Shown: positions 32,729 to 42,842 of the stretch, one piece after another
Numbering within the stretch: the first letter of the stretch is position 1
Layout of the letters: each line of letters opens with the position of its first letter
NCBI GenBank assembly: GCA_902774175.1
Contig: CACYHG010000004.1
Coordinates: 6,673 to 70,672 of the forward strand
Reading direction: 5' to 3'
Length of the DNA stretch: 64,000 bases
Source of the DNA: an uncultured Bacteroidota bacterium
GTDB taxonomy: Bacteria > Bacteroidota > Bacteroidia > Bacteroidales > WCHB1-69
The notes under the pieces: model-generated
What the model saw: only the letters and a program-made list of their open reading frames with translations
Database searches by the model: none
What the model was told of the DNA's origin: nothing
Translations under genes and position numbers: made by a program

Positions 32729-35022
32729 TTTGTCTGTTTAATCCAGCGTATGTAAATAGTCCAAGCGGCATTATATGTTGGATCGTTCTGCCACTCTGGC
32801 AGTGCTGCCGCCAGACCATGTTTGGTGCGCACAACTTTACCCTTTACCGGTTTGAAATCTGTTTTCTGCGGCTCTACCGGATACTTCGTGTGACTCTCCG
32901 TCCAGGCCTGCTCAAACTTGGAGAGTTCTTCACCAAACGCCTTTTCGTCGAACTCCTTGCCCTCTTTCACGGCCTGGATGACCGCCTCAAAGAAGAGGTT
33001 CCAACGGCGGGCGTAATAATCCTTCACCAGACCGCCCCACATGCGGTTGGCATAGTCGTTGAGCACGGGACCGCCCCAGATGGTGAGCAACGTGCGCGCC
33101 TGCCGCTCGTAGTAGTCCTTCTCCTCCTCGGTGGTTCCCCAGTCGCGTGCCATCTCAATCCAAGGTCCCAGCATGAAGGCGGGATGGGTGTTGAGCAGCG
33201 TGTCCACATCCGCAAACAATTGGTTGGCGATTTCCACCTGCCGTTCCATTTCCTTAATATCACGGTTTTTATACGCCGCCGTAAAATCGTTGCGGATGTC
33301 CATAAAAAGGTTGCCCATCCATTGGGAGAAGAGATTAACCAAGTCGTATTTGTAGGAATCCTTGCCTATTGAATACAAGCTGAATCTAGTGACAAAAGCC
33401 TTGCAGATGCTCTTGAGCGTATCGTTATTGTAAGAATAGTAGGGCTTTGTGTAATAGGTACCATGTCCTTCTAAAGATGGTCGCGCCACCAATTGGGTGC
33501 CGAGACCGTAAAACGACCAATCCTTATAGATGCTGTCGTTCAACAGCCGCCATTCCTTTTCGTGAGTGACCGATGCTGTACGGAGTCTGCACCAGTCGTC
33601 AATCCATTGCTGCACATCGGGTTGCTTTTCCCACGCACGTTCAAAGAGATATTCGTATATCTGCGGGCTCACGTCGAAGGCCTCCAATGTGGAGCCGATG
33701 CCGGTCATGTTCGATCCCGCCTCCTCTAAGGCGGCTGCGAGTTTTTTCTCCAGCTCGTTGATATTGCCCACCAGCATGGTGTTGCCGCCGAAGTTGCCAA
33801 GGTAGCACCAGATGAAGGGCTGTCCGTAGAAACCGTCGGTGGTGCGCCACACCTCCGTCTTTTCGCAGAAGTAGTCGAGCAGCACCAGCTGGTCCTGGGG
33901 CACGGCAGTGAGGTAGGCGCGTAGTCGCTCTGGTGTCCATGACTTGCGCTTGTAGTAGAAGACCCAGGTCATCTGCAGCCAGCGGGCGGCGGAGTCACAT
34001 TGTTGCAGCGAGCCGTAAATGTTGCGGGCCACGTTGGCGAGGTAATCGGGCTCCCAACTGGGCGGATCCATTTCGTTGAAAGGGTCCACGCCATAGATGT
34101 GGTCGGTGCCGAAGAGGGCGGTCTGTTTTTCCAGAAACGACTTCTGGATTTTGGCGAACAGCGGATCGGATGAGTTGAGGAAGCAGGTGGGTTCGAAGCC
34201 GCACCACGCGCTCAGCTGCCGGATGTCGGCGTCGGGGTGCATCTCGGCGAACCTTTTGGGCACATGGCCGGCGAAAGCGGGCAGCACCGGCGTCATGTTG
34301 AACTCGCGCTCGCGGGCCACAATCTGTTTCTGCAACTCCTTCTGTCCCTCCAGCCACGACATCGGCAGCGGACCACCGAAACCGTCAAGGTTGGCCATGC
34401 GGTGCCACGGCAGGTGTGCAGGTCCCGAGAAGTAGCCGCGAATCTCCTCATCGGTCATGCCAAACTCCTTCCACACCTCATACCACACAGCCTCCTGACC
34501 CGTAATGGCGAGCGGCATGGTAATGCCGTTCAGCGCCATCCAGTCGATAAACCGCTCCCACTGCTCCCATTTCCACCAGGGCATGGTGTATCCGAAGGTG
34601 CAGTAGTTCAAGAAAAAGCGATCCTTCACCAGAGATTCTTTCCGGATGGGTTTATAAGGGGACCAGAATCGGGAAGGCAGTTCTATGGGTTCACAGGCCA
34701 ACCATGAGACGTGTATGCCTGCACAGTGTTTCAGATAATAATTAAACCCAACTGCCAACGAATTGTCATTGTTGCCGGTTATACGGATTTTCTGGTCATA
34801 TCGTTTAGGAATGGCCCCGGTGTCCCCGTTCAGTCTCTCAATCACAAAATAGTCAACGGTATCAGGTTGACATACAAATTTGAAGAGGGTGTCCCTGTCG
34901 CCAAGTATGCGGTGCGCAAGCCCGTCAATGGGGCGTGCGTAGGGCTGCACCTGTGCATGTGCCATGGCAGTCATGGTGGCAAGTGCAAGCATTATCGCGT
35001 AAAGTCTCATTCTTGTAATCAT
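32725..35022 (-). CDS. Alpha-N-acetylglucosaminidase (GH89, NAGLU-like), secreted
   Basis: A signal peptide ...AMAHAQ is present. YCTFGYTMPWWKWEQWERFIDWMALNGITMPLAITGQEAVW and later blocks resemble the NAGLU TIM-barrel and C-terminal domains. ATG at 35010 is an alternative start. Confidence 0.85.
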   Translation of the reverse strand: MITRMRLYAIMLALATMTAMAHAQVQPYARPIDGLAHRILGDRDTLFKFVCQPDTVDYFVIERLNGDTGAIPKRYDQKIRITGNNDNSLAVGFNYYLKHCAGIHVSWLACEPIELPSRFWSPYKPIRKESLVKDRFFLNYCTFGYTMPWWKWEQWERFIDWMALNGITMPLAITGQEAVWYEVWKEFGMTDEEIRGYFSGPAHLPWHRMANLDGFGGPLPMSWLEGQKELQKQIVAREREFNMTPVLPAFAGHVPKRFAEMHPDADIRQLSAWCGFEPTCFLNSSDPLFAKIQKSFLEKQTALFGTDHIYGVDPFNEMDPPSWEPDYLANVARNIYGSLQQCDSAARWLQMTWVFYYKRKSWTPERLRAYLTAVPQDQLVLLDYFCEKTEVWRTTDGFYGQPFIWCYLGNFGGNTMLVGNINELEKKLAAALEEAGSNMTGIGSTLEAFDVSPQIYEYLFERAWEKQPDVQQWIDDWCRLRTASVTHEKEWRLLNDSIYKDWSFYGLGTQLVARPSLEGHGTYYTKPYYSYNNDTLKSICKAFVTRFSLYSIGKDSYKYDLVNLFSQWMGNLFMDIRNDFTAAYKNRDIKEMERQVEIANQLFADVDTLLNTHPAFMLGPWIEMARDWGTTEEEKDYYERQARTLLTIWGGPVLNDYANRMWGGLVKDYYARRWNLFFEAVIQAVKEGKEFDEKAFGEELSKFEQAWTESHTKYPVEPQKTDFKPVKGKVVRTKHGLAAALPEWQNDPTYNAAWTIYIRWIKQTK

Positions 35023-35036
35023 ATCATCCCCACCAT

Positions 35037-35473
35037 TTATTCCATTGACGGCGTGATGAAAACCCGCCAGGAACCTTCCGTTGAGCCACGCTCAATGTAA
35101 TGTTTGTCAAGCAGAAGATTTACCAGTTTTTTAACCGCTGACATATTGATGCCCATGCGGCTCTGCATCTCCGAAAGAGTTAGTACCGGCTCCGTCATCA
35201 TCATCATGAGCAGTTCGCCATAGTGGGGTGAGCGGAATACAATGCGCTCGCTGTCATATCCTGCACATCCTTCACGTTGGCCTCGCCTATCACCTTGCCG
35301 AACAACAGCAGGATTTCGGTCTGCCCGTATGTCAGGGTGTTGCCCTCCATGTGGTTGGAATTGAAGTTGAAATCAACCGTAAACCGGCGGCTCAGCCTGT
35401 TTCTGTCCTCTTCCGATAGTGGCTGGATGCTCCGCCACGCTGTAATTGCTTTCTCTAATGTAAGGTATCGCAT
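35037..35473 (-). pseudogene. Fic-family gene remnant: N-terminal Fic_N-like piece plus out-of-frame C-terminal wHTH piece, with the core Fic domain deleted
   Basis: The ORF 35204-35473 encodes ...FNFNSNHMEGNTLTYGQTEILLLFGKVIGE... and then stops. A different frame downstream (own translation) reads ...MMMMTEPVLTLSEMQSRMGINMSAVKKLVNLLLDKHYIERGSTEGSWRVFITPSME and stops at 35037-35039. No HxFx(D/E)GN motif is present. Confidence 0.6.
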
Positions 35474-35569
35474 TTTTAAAAATGTTCTCTTAAAGGTGGC
35501 TATATGGCCACCTTTTCGGCTGCAAAATTACAAAAAATACCAATACGGATTTCAAAAGGGAGAAAAAAA

Positions 35570-36067
35570 TCAATCACCGCCCGTCACCTTTTTCAGCAGG
35601 AGCCGCATGGCGGCGGACTGCTCTTCAGGAACCATCATCTGGAGGATGCTTTTGAACTCCTCAAGCAGTTCGGGATAATGCCTGCTTTGCGCATACGACA
35701 GCTTGACGGCCAGAGTCCGTACGCCGACCGGTTCGGTGGAAAGTATTGTGTTGAAGCAGAAATCCAGAAAATCGGTGCGGAGCCGGTCGCGCTCGAACGG
35801 GGTTCGCGCCAACAATGATAGTATAAGCCTGCGCTTGGAGGTGCTGTTTGTGCGCAACACCTCGTCAATCAAAGCCTCCTGCCGTTCGGCCAGCCAACTG
35901 TCCGCCGATGGGGGGAGATGGGTCAGCGCCCATGCGGCATTGTCGGAGGTGCGCTTGTCCGCATCAAACAGCAGCCGGAAAAGTTCCTCTTCACGACCAC
36001 TCGCGCCTAACATTTTGGCTTCATACCCACTGATGCGGTCTGACAAGATGGTTTTGAGTTCGGACAT
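35570..36067 (-). CDS. Hypothetical all-alpha protein
   Basis: ATG at 36067 (MSELKTIL...) is preferred over the upstream extension. No family was recognised. It follows the lipoprotein gene after a 4-nt gap. Confidence 0.5.
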   Translation of the reverse strand: MSELKTILSDRISGYEAKMLGASGREEELFRLLFDADKRTSDNAAWALTHLPPSADSWLAERQEALIDEVLRTNSTSKRRLILSLLARTPFERDRLRTDFLDFCFNTILSTEPVGVRTLAVKLSYAQSRHYPELLEEFKSILQMMVPEEQSAAMRLLLKKVTGGD

Positions 36068-36071
36068 GGTG

Positions 36072-36560
36072 TTAATAGACAGCGTGATCCAATACCAGAA
36101 CCATCCGAGAAACGGAATCAGCACGGACAGTTACAGGCAAATAACCACCTGATCCATCCATTTCGTTTGCATACATTTTCCCGTTTTCTAACAGAAAAAC
36201 AGAATATTTTCCGGGTTTCAGCGGAATTTCATAAAAACCGTCCGCATTGGACACGGCAGTTGCCACAAGAGGCTTTGGCATTTTGTCAATTGGGAAATGG
36301 GAATAACAGTTGTGTCGGGTGGTACTGTCAAAATCAGATATTCTTGTGTATTCATAGACATATATTCCCGCTATGATTGGACGTTCCCCATGATCATTGG
36401 AGTTGGGATCAATAACTGGCATCCAATTACCATAACGTTCCACCACAATGCCGCTAATGCCCTCCTTAATGGATTGATGTTCCTTCTCGCAGGCTGTTAG
36501 AAACATTGCTCCTGCAATACACATTGTTGCCAAAACCGGCAATAAAAATTTTTTTTTCAT
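36072..36560 (-). CDS. Hypothetical lipoprotein (carboxypeptidase-regulatory-like beta-sandwich suspected)
   Basis: The lipobox MKKKFLLPVLATMCIAGAMFLTAC starts at ATG 36560. SNADGFYEIPLKPGKYSVFL is CarboxypepD_reg-like. Confidence 0.55.
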   Translation of the reverse strand: MKKKFLLPVLATMCIAGAMFLTACEKEHQSIKEGISGIVVERYGNWMPVIDPNSNDHGERPIIAGIYVYEYTRISDFDSTTRHNCYSHFPIDKMPKPLVATAVSNADGFYEIPLKPGKYSVFLLENGKMYANEMDGSGGYLPVTVRADSVSRMVLVLDHAVY

Positions 36561-36661
36561 TTCAAATGTTTTTATGTTCAACAAACATTAAACGTTTAAG
36601 AACCCCGAAATATTACAGGTTGTCTGTTTTTTTTTGTTAGTGATAAATTATCTCACAGATG

Positions 36662-37450
36662 TTACTGGTAATTCCTGATGCGCACATCGATGCCGTCGCC
36701 CTTCAGGCCGTCCGCCAGCTGGCTGAGGTCCGTCTGGCTGTAATGGTAGGGGAACAGCACCTTGGGACGGATGCGCCGCGCCGCCCGCATAATCTGCTCC
36801 GGAGTCATGGTGTAGGGCTGGTTGCATGGCAGGAAGGCCACATCGATGTTTTTGACGCTGTCCATTTCCGGAATGTCCTCGGTGTCACCGGCAATGTAGA
36901 TGCGCAGCCCTCCGATGGTAAGGATATAGCCGTTGTCGCGCCCTTTGGGATGGAACTGCAGATGCCCCTCCGTGGTGTTGTAGGCCGGCACCGCCTCAAT
37001 CGTCAGCCAGCCGCCGACCTCAGTGCGCCCACCGTTTGCCATGACCGTCCCGTGGCCGAGCTTGGCGGCACCGTTTTGGTTGATGAAAAGCTGCGTCCCA
37101 TTTTTGGTAAGGGTTGCGATGGCGGCGGGGTCAAGATGGTCGAAATGCTCGTGCGTGACCAGAATCACATCCGCTTTGGGAAACTTGGTGTAGTCGATGG
37201 TGCGGCTTCCGGCATTGCACACCGGGTCGATCTCGATTTCCTTCCCGTCGTATTCGATACGTATGCTGGCATGGGTCAGCGCATGGATTTTCACGGTTTT
37301 GCCGTCAGGTGTGACAAAACTGTCGGTCTCGAAGCCGAAATTGTCCGTTTCCGGTTTAAAATTATCCGTTTCCGGACTGTTGGCCGGTGTGTTCCGATGG
37401 CCGCAGGTGGCCATAAGGCCGAAAAGAATTGGTATGGCGATGGTTTTCAT
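36662..37450 (-). CDS. Secreted MBL-fold metallo-hydrolase
   Basis: The motif VILVTHEHFDHLD (HxHxDH) is present. The signal peptide MKTIAIPILFGLMATC starts at ATG 37450. A 21-nt x 3 repeat encodes PETDNF(K/G). The plus-strand ORF 36659-37501 is its antisense shadow. Confidence 0.85.
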   Translation of the reverse strand: MKTIAIPILFGLMATCGHRNTPANSPETDNFKPETDNFGFETDSFVTPDGKTVKIHALTHASIRIEYDGKEIEIDPVCNAGSRTIDYTKFPKADVILVTHEHFDHLDPAAIATLTKNGTQLFINQNGAAKLGHGTVMANGGRTEVGGWLTIEAVPAYNTTEGHLQFHPKGRDNGYILTIGGLRIYIAGDTEDIPEMDSVKNIDVAFLPCNQPYTMTPEQIMRAARRIRPKVLFPYHYSQTDLSQLADGLKGDGIDVRIRNYQ

Positions 37451-37473
37451 GATGGGATTTGTATTTTTTTTTC

Positions 37474-39228
37474 TTATTTCCAAAACACGCTGTGCACATA
37501 AACATTTTTAAAGTCAATCTGGAAAGTGGAATCCTGCGTGAATGACAATGACTTGAAGATAATCATGGCATCCTTCCCCTGGAATGAGAGGAGCGTCTCG
37601 CGATGATTCTGCAACCATTTGTCCTCTATTTTCGTTCCTTCTTTCCAGCCGCTTTCGCGCAACTGACGGTGCAGCAGCGTGTCGGTATGGATGGAACCGC
37701 CGGGGTAGAACAGATGGTTGTCCTTCACATAAACGATATTTGAATTCCTGTAATTGTCCGGTCTGACACAGACATGGTCGTAACATTCCGGAAGCGACAG
37801 CATCAAATCTGCATAAAACTTTATCTGAAAATCCCGCTGCGGTTCTTCTATCACATCATCTTCATCTATTATCACCGGTTCGACCTCCTCCTCCCGCCAT
37901 GAGGTGGCATAATCCTTTGTGTGGGTGGAAAGAGTGGCGGAGTATTCATCGGGTTCATTCATGCCGAATTGTTTGACCAGCATGGTATCCTCGTAGTAAT
38001 ACAGATAATTCAAAGACTGGTAGATAATCCGGTGCTGTTTGGCATAAAGGCTGTCGGCAACGGAGGGTTTGCCCAATTTCAGGGTGCCGTCGTCGTTCAG
38101 GATGCCCAATTCGGCGGCTGTCTGGCGGATGCGCTGCTCCTGGGAGCGTATGCTGCATGCCTTTGCGGAGATTGGAGGGATGCAGACCGCCGCCAGCACA
38201 AGCAGGAAGGCCGTGCCGATTAACAGGAAGTAGCCCCTGCGGTTGCGGAAGAGGAACAGCAGCACGTAAAGTGTCATCAGCAGGCCGCAGAGCAGCAGGT
38301 AGTAACGGGATTCCGTCACGCCGTAGTCGGAAATGCGGCGGATACAGCCAACCCAAAATAACAGCAGCAGCGGCAGCGAAATCCAGCTGAATGCGTTGAA
38401 GTACCAGCTGAAAGGCTGCTTCTCCGTAAACTGCCGCAGCAGTTTGACTATCATGGCTATCAGGCAGAAGACGAACACCATCACCGCCACGTTGCCCTTG
38501 GGCAGCTCCCATAGGAAGAGGATGTATCCGGCGTACAGGAACAGCAGTAGCGTATAGAGCAGCAGCGCCGGGGTGAAGACCCAATGCAGCAGGTTCTCGA
38601 AGAATTTGGCAAGCTTCATCTCCCTCTCATTTTCCACCATGCCCAAGAACAGCAGCGGCACAAGGAGCACCATAACCACCAAGGCGCTGTCATCGTAGGC
38701 AAGCCGCAGCCACCTGCCCTCAACATTGAAAAGCAGTTCGACGCTCACTTCCATAAGGTATAGCAGCAGACAGGCCACACCGCCGAAAAAGAGCGGCACC
38801 AGCACCGACCATGCCGTATGCAGCATCCGGTTGGAAAAGGGACGGTTCTGAATCCGGAATGGCAGCAGCAACATCCAGAGCGGCAGCAGCACCATCACCC
38901 AGATGAAATAATTGCCATCTTTCACAAAATGCTCCAATGACGGCACAAAAAAGAACGGGATGATGAGCAGCGGCAAAATGTAATAGAGGATTTGCCACAG
39001 CAGGTGCCGTCCTCGGATGAACTGCAACGAAAATGCCGCCACAAACAGGAATGGGATCACATACGCGGCTGTCACCCAGCAGGGATTGTCGCCTGTAACA
39101 TGGTTGTCATAAATGATGGCCACCAAAGCGTACAGCAGCAGGACTGTCTCGGAAAGATGGCGGAAGAGGAATCCGGGCAGCGCGTCGGCCAACCGTTTCA
39201 AATTGGAATGGAAGGATGCTTTTCTCAT
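37474..39228 (-). CDS. Large multi-pass membrane protein (DUF4153-like; family assignment tentative)
   Basis: There are about 10 hydrophobic helices in the first 350 aa, followed by a soluble C-terminal domain. It has an ATG start. Confidence 0.6.
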   Translation of the reverse strand: MRKASFHSNLKRLADALPGFLFRHLSETVLLLYALVAIIYDNHVTGDNPCWVTAAYVIPFLFVAAFSLQFIRGRHLLWQILYYILPLLIIPFFFVPSLEHFVKDGNYFIWVMVLLPLWMLLLPFRIQNRPFSNRMLHTAWSVLVPLFFGGVACLLLYLMEVSVELLFNVEGRWLRLAYDDSALVVMVLLVPLLFLGMVENEREMKLAKFFENLLHWVFTPALLLYTLLLFLYAGYILFLWELPKGNVAVMVFVFCLIAMIVKLLRQFTEKQPFSWYFNAFSWISLPLLLLFWVGCIRRISDYGVTESRYYLLLCGLLMTLYVLLFLFRNRRGYFLLIGTAFLLVLAAVCIPPISAKACSIRSQEQRIRQTAAELGILNDDGTLKLGKPSVADSLYAKQHRIIYQSLNYLYYYEDTMLVKQFGMNEPDEYSATLSTHTKDYATSWREEEVEPVIIDEDDVIEEPQRDFQIKFYADLMLSLPECYDHVCVRPDNYRNSNIVYVKDNHLFYPGGSIHTDTLLHRQLRESGWKEGTKIEDKWLQNHRETLLSFQGKDAMIIFKSLSFTQDSTFQIDFKNVYVHSVFWK

Positions 39229-39338
39229 GGTCGGAAATTTTTAAAGTGATGCACCGCTAACGCAGCATGTTCCATGTTTATTGTGCGTGAAAGCGAAAAA
39301 AACGGACATAAAATGGATGGGGAAAGCGAAAAAATGAC

Positions 39339-39346
39339 TACTTTTG
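39339..39346 (+). promoter_or_regulatory. Candidate -7 box TACTTTTG for the ruvX-def operon
   Basis: It matches TAnnTTTG and lies 27 nt upstream of ATG 39373. Confidence 0.5.
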
Positions 39347-39372
39347 CGTTTTTGGTAAAAACAGACGAATTC

Positions 39373-39807
39373 ATGGGTAGGATTGTCTCCATCGATTACG
39401 GAAAAAAACGGACCGGTATCGCTGTAACAGATGAATTACAGCTGATAGCCAACGCCTTATGCACAGTCCCAACCAAAGACATCCTCACCTTCCTGCGGGA
39501 TTATACCGCCAAGGAGCCTGTGGAGCTTTTCCTGGTCGGGAAGGCGGTGCAGATGGACAGCACCGATTCGGAATCGGCCCGCTACATTGAACCGTTCGTC
39601 CGGCAGCTGGCCAAAACCTTCCCGGACATCCCCATAGACCGCATGGACGAAAGGTACACCTCCAAGATGGCATTCCAGACCATGATTGACGCCGGACTGC
39701 ACAAGAAGGCGCGCCAGAACAAGGCGCTTGTCGACGCCCTGAGCGCAACCATACTTTTGCAGTCATACATGGAAAGCAGAAAATATAAAGAAAGGAAAAT
39801 GCAATGA
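39373..39807 (+). CDS. ruvX: Putative pre-16S rRNA nuclease / Holliday junction resolvase-like RuvX (YqgF)
   Basis: The N-terminus is MGRIVSIDYGKKRTGIAVTD and the protein is about 144 aa. Its stop overlaps the def start (ATGA). The track start at 39274 lies upstream of the predicted -7 box. Confidence 0.85.
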   Translation: MGRIVSIDYGKKRTGIAVTDELQLIANALCTVPTKDILTFLRDYTAKEPVELFLVGKAVQMDSTDSESARYIEPFVRQLAKTFPDIPIDRMDERYTSKMAFQTMIDAGLHKKARQNKALVDALSATILLQSYMESRKYKERKMQ

Positions 39808-40364
39808 TACTACCTATCACCCTGTACGGAAACCCGATATTGCGAAAAGAGGTGGAAGAGGTTGAGACAGGCTCCGCCAATCAGGAACTGAAGCAGCTTG
39901 TTGAAGACATGTTCGACACCATGTACCATGCGAACGGGGTCGGGCTGGCCGCCCCGCAGGTCAACAAGTCACTGGCGCTGTTTGTAATCGACACCGAGGC
40001 CTTCCTGGACGAAGGCGACACGGAAAAGGCGGTCAAAAAGGCCTTTGTCAATCCGGAAATTACAGAAACCTCAGAAAACAGGTGCTCTTTCAGCGAAGGC
40101 TGCCTGAGCGTGCCCGGCATCAACGAGGAGGTGCTGCGCCCCGAAGGGGTCCGCATCAGCTACCAGGATGTGGAGGGCAACAGCTTTGATGAGGAATACC
40201 ACGGCAAGGCGGCCCGCGTCATACAGCACGAATACGACCACCTGTACGGGAAAATGTTCGTCGACAGGCTATCCCCCCTTAAAAAGACGCTGCTGAAAAG
40301 CAAGCTGAACGAAATTGTTAACGGGAAAAAAGTCCCCTCCTACCGAATCAAACCGAACAAATAA
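39804..40364 (+). CDS. def: Peptide deformylase
   Basis: The three signature motifs are GVGLAAPQV, EGCLSVPG and HEYDHL. Confidence 0.93.
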   Translation: MILPITLYGNPILRKEVEEVETGSANQELKQLVEDMFDTMYHANGVGLAAPQVNKSLALFVIDTEAFLDEGDTEKAVKKAFVNPEITETSENRCSFSEGCLSVPGINEEVLRPEGVRISYQDVEGNSFDEEYHGKAARVIQHEYDHLYGKMFVDRLSPLKKTLLKSKLNEIVNGKKVPSYRIKPNK

Positions 40365-40372
40365 AATAAGAA

Positions 40373-40906
40373 ATGAGAACAAAGTATATGTTTCTGGGAC
40401 TCTCCCTGCTCTGCCTGCTGGCGGGATGCTCCCTCTCCAAGGAAAAGCAGCAGGAGAAAATAGCCGGTCTGGAAAAAAGCGTGTTGGATGAAAATGACAC
40501 AACACGGCAGCAGGAGCTGTTCAAATGCTACGACAGCTATATCGGCAAATTTCCCGATGACTCCCTTTCACCGGAATACCTTTTCCGGAAAGCCGGCATC
40601 CTTCGTGTGGAGAAACAGGGGGACGCCGCATTGGACGCACTTGCGGAAATTGTCAACCGCTATCCGCAGAGCCCTCGGGTGGTGGAATGCTACTTCCTGC
40701 GCGGACTCATATACGAAGAGGTGTTTTATGACCAGGAGCTGGCAAAAAAGGCCTATCAGAGCTTCATCGACCGCTATCCTGACCATCCCCTTGCCGACAA
40801 CGCGCGGTATTCCATCCGCTACCTTGGAATGAGCAACGAGGAGATCATCGCCTCATTCAGCGCACCGGACGGCACGCAGACGTCAGAATCCAACACGGAG
40901 GAATAA
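40373..40906 (+). CDS. Tetratricopeptide-repeat lipoprotein
   Basis: The lipobox is LSLLCLLAGCS. TPR-like helices include YLFRKAGIL..., YFLRGLIYEE... and AKKAYQSFIDRYPDHPLADNARY. Confidence 0.7.
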   Translation: MRTKYMFLGLSLLCLLAGCSLSKEKQQEKIAGLEKSVLDENDTTRQQELFKCYDSYIGKFPDDSLSPEYLFRKAGILRVEKQGDAALDALAEIVNRYPQSPRVVECYFLRGLIYEEVFYDQELAKKAYQSFIDRYPDHPLADNARYSIRYLGMSNEEIIASFSAPDGTQTSESNTEE

Positions 40907-41685
40907 TGGAGACATACGGCTCTCTGGATGATTTCACGCACCGGACCGATTCTGTGGTAAGTTTGGGCATGTTCGACGGTCTGCATCTGGCGCACCGCGA
41001 AGTGCTCCGTGCTCTGACCGACCGTGCGCGAGCCACCGGCAGCCGTTCCGTTGTCATCTCCTTCACGCCACATCCGCGAGCCCTGCTCTCCGGGAAACCC
41101 TTCCCGCTGATTCTCACCCAAGATGAGAAGCGGCTGCTGCTGGAAGAGCAGCATGTGGACATCTGGTGCCGCCTGCCATTTACACGCGAACTGGCCGCCA
41201 CCCCGCCGGAAACGCTGTTGGAACAATTGGACAGCAAACTTAAAATCAACCATATTGTGTTGGGATACAACCACAATTTCGGAGCCGGAAAAAGCGGCGG
41301 CATACACACTCTTAACGCCCTGCGGAGCCGTTACGGCTTCGGCATCACCGAAATCCCGCGCATGCAATCGGAAGGCACCGAAATCAGCTCCTCCGCCATC
41401 CGGAAGGCGCTGCTGGCAGGTGACATACGGACCGCATCGCGGCTGCTCGGATATTCCTATTTCGCCCATATACAACCCGTCGGCAAGAATGATGACGGCT
41501 CGCTGCACGCCCGCGTGCCGGCTGAAAAGCTTCTGCCGGCCCCGGGCAACTATGAAGGACATTTCAACCACTCACCCGTAAAAATAACCATTTTAAATCA
41601 ACAGGAGATGCTGCTGCGCTCCGGTGACGGAACCCCGCTGCCGGAACTGCCGCGGCAACTCCCCTTATATTGGGACAGCTTATGA
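40906..41685 (+). CDS. FAD synthetase (RibF-like) family protein with a short or degenerate C-terminal kinase region
   Basis: The N-terminal nucleotidyltransferase motif is LGMFDGLHLAHREV. ISSSAIRKALLAGDI is also present. At 259 aa it is shorter than typical bifunctional RibF. Confidence 0.6.
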   Translation: METYGSLDDFTHRTDSVVSLGMFDGLHLAHREVLRALTDRARATGSRSVVISFTPHPRALLSGKPFPLILTQDEKRLLLEEQHVDIWCRLPFTRELAATPPETLLEQLDSKLKINHIVLGYNHNFGAGKSGGIHTLNALRSRYGFGITEIPRMQSEGTEISSSAIRKALLAGDIRTASRLLGYSYFAHIQPVGKNDDGSLHARVPAEKLLPAPGNYEGHFNHSPVKITILNQQEMLLRSGDGTPLPELPRQLPLYWDSL

Positions 41686-42827
41686 GAAAAAAACAAGACC
41701 CTTTTGTGGAAATAAGGCCCTACAACACCGAAGAAATCCCTTACGCCATCAACCGGATGCTGATGTCATCGAACTTTGTCACCTCGCTGACAAACTTCAT
41801 AGAGACATCCAACCCCTCAACACTTGTGAGGCGCATGAGGAAAATGAAGACCATCAGCGACCTCCAGCGTGAAATCTACGCCCCGATGGTGCACACCTTC
41901 GAGCAGCGCAGCATGGAGGGGCTCACCTTCGGCGGTTTTGACAAGGTCGACATGAACAAGCCCCATCTGCTGATTGCCAACCACCGCGACATCGTGATGG
42001 ATTCGGCCATCCTGCAAGGCTACCTGATCGACCACAACCTGCCGGCCACCCGCTCCGGCATCGGCGACAACCTTCTCACCTCCCCCGTGATGACCGACAT
42101 CGCCAAAACGAACAACATGTTCACCGTGTTCCGCTCCCACGACACCCGGACCATGCTGGCCAACTCGCGGCTGCTTTCGGACTACATCAGGCAGAGCATC
42201 ACCAAGGACAAGATTTCAGTATGGATTTCCCAACGCAACGGCCGTACAAAGGACGGTTTGGACAAGACCCAGCAGGGCGTGCTTAAAATGCTCTATTCCA
42301 GCAAACGTCCGCATGTGATTGAGAGCCTTAAGGAGCTGGACATCGTCCCGCTGACCGTCTCCTACGAATACGAGCCCTGCGACCAGATGAAGGCGCGGGA
42401 ACTGCTGCTGACCAAGCAGAACAAGTCATACGTCAAGGATCCGGAAGAGGATTTCCACAGCATCACCAAAGGCATATTCTCCTACAAGGGGCGTGTGCAC
42501 ATGCAGCTCGGCCAGCCTATCAACAACCTTTTGGACGAAACCATGGCATTCGCATCCGACAACGATGCGCTGCAATATGTCGCGGAGATCATCGACCAGG
42601 AGATTTACCGCGACTACCGGCTGTGGGAGACCAACTACATGGCCTACGACATCCTCCACAACACCGACCGCTTCGCCGACGAATACGAGGAGGGTGAGAA
42701 AAAGGAGTTCCTCCAGTATATCCGCAAGCAGGCCAACATCGCCGACGTTAACTACACCAAGATGAAACAGCAGCTGCTGACCATATACGCCAATCCGGTG
42801 GAATCCTTTTTGAAAACGGAAGACTAA
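41682..42827 (+). CDS. Glycerolipid (PlsC-like) acyltransferase family protein
   Basis: IANHRDIVMDSAILQ resembles the HX4D acyltransferase box region. ATG at 41682 overlaps the upstream stop (ATGA). The track start at 41670 is TTG. Confidence 0.65.
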   Translation: MRKKQDPFVEIRPYNTEEIPYAINRMLMSSNFVTSLTNFIETSNPSTLVRRMRKMKTISDLQREIYAPMVHTFEQRSMEGLTFGGFDKVDMNKPHLLIANHRDIVMDSAILQGYLIDHNLPATRSGIGDNLLTSPVMTDIAKTNNMFTVFRSHDTRTMLANSRLLSDYIRQSITKDKISVWISQRNGRTKDGLDKTQQGVLKMLYSSKRPHVIESLKELDIVPLTVSYEYEPCDQMKARELLLTKQNKSYVKDPEEDFHSITKGIFSYKGRVHMQLGQPINNLLDETMAFASDNDALQYVAEIIDQEIYRDYRLWETNYMAYDILHNTDRFADEYEEGEKKEFLQYIRKQANIADVNYTKMKQQLLTIYANPVESFLKTED

Positions 42828-42842
42828 CCGCACGCGCCACAC

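Noticed and set aside
36659-37501. Plus-strand 280-aa ORF
   Set aside because: It is a shadow of the minus-strand MBL-fold hydrolase, which has the HxHxDH motif and a signal peptide. The plus-strand product has no recognisable features.
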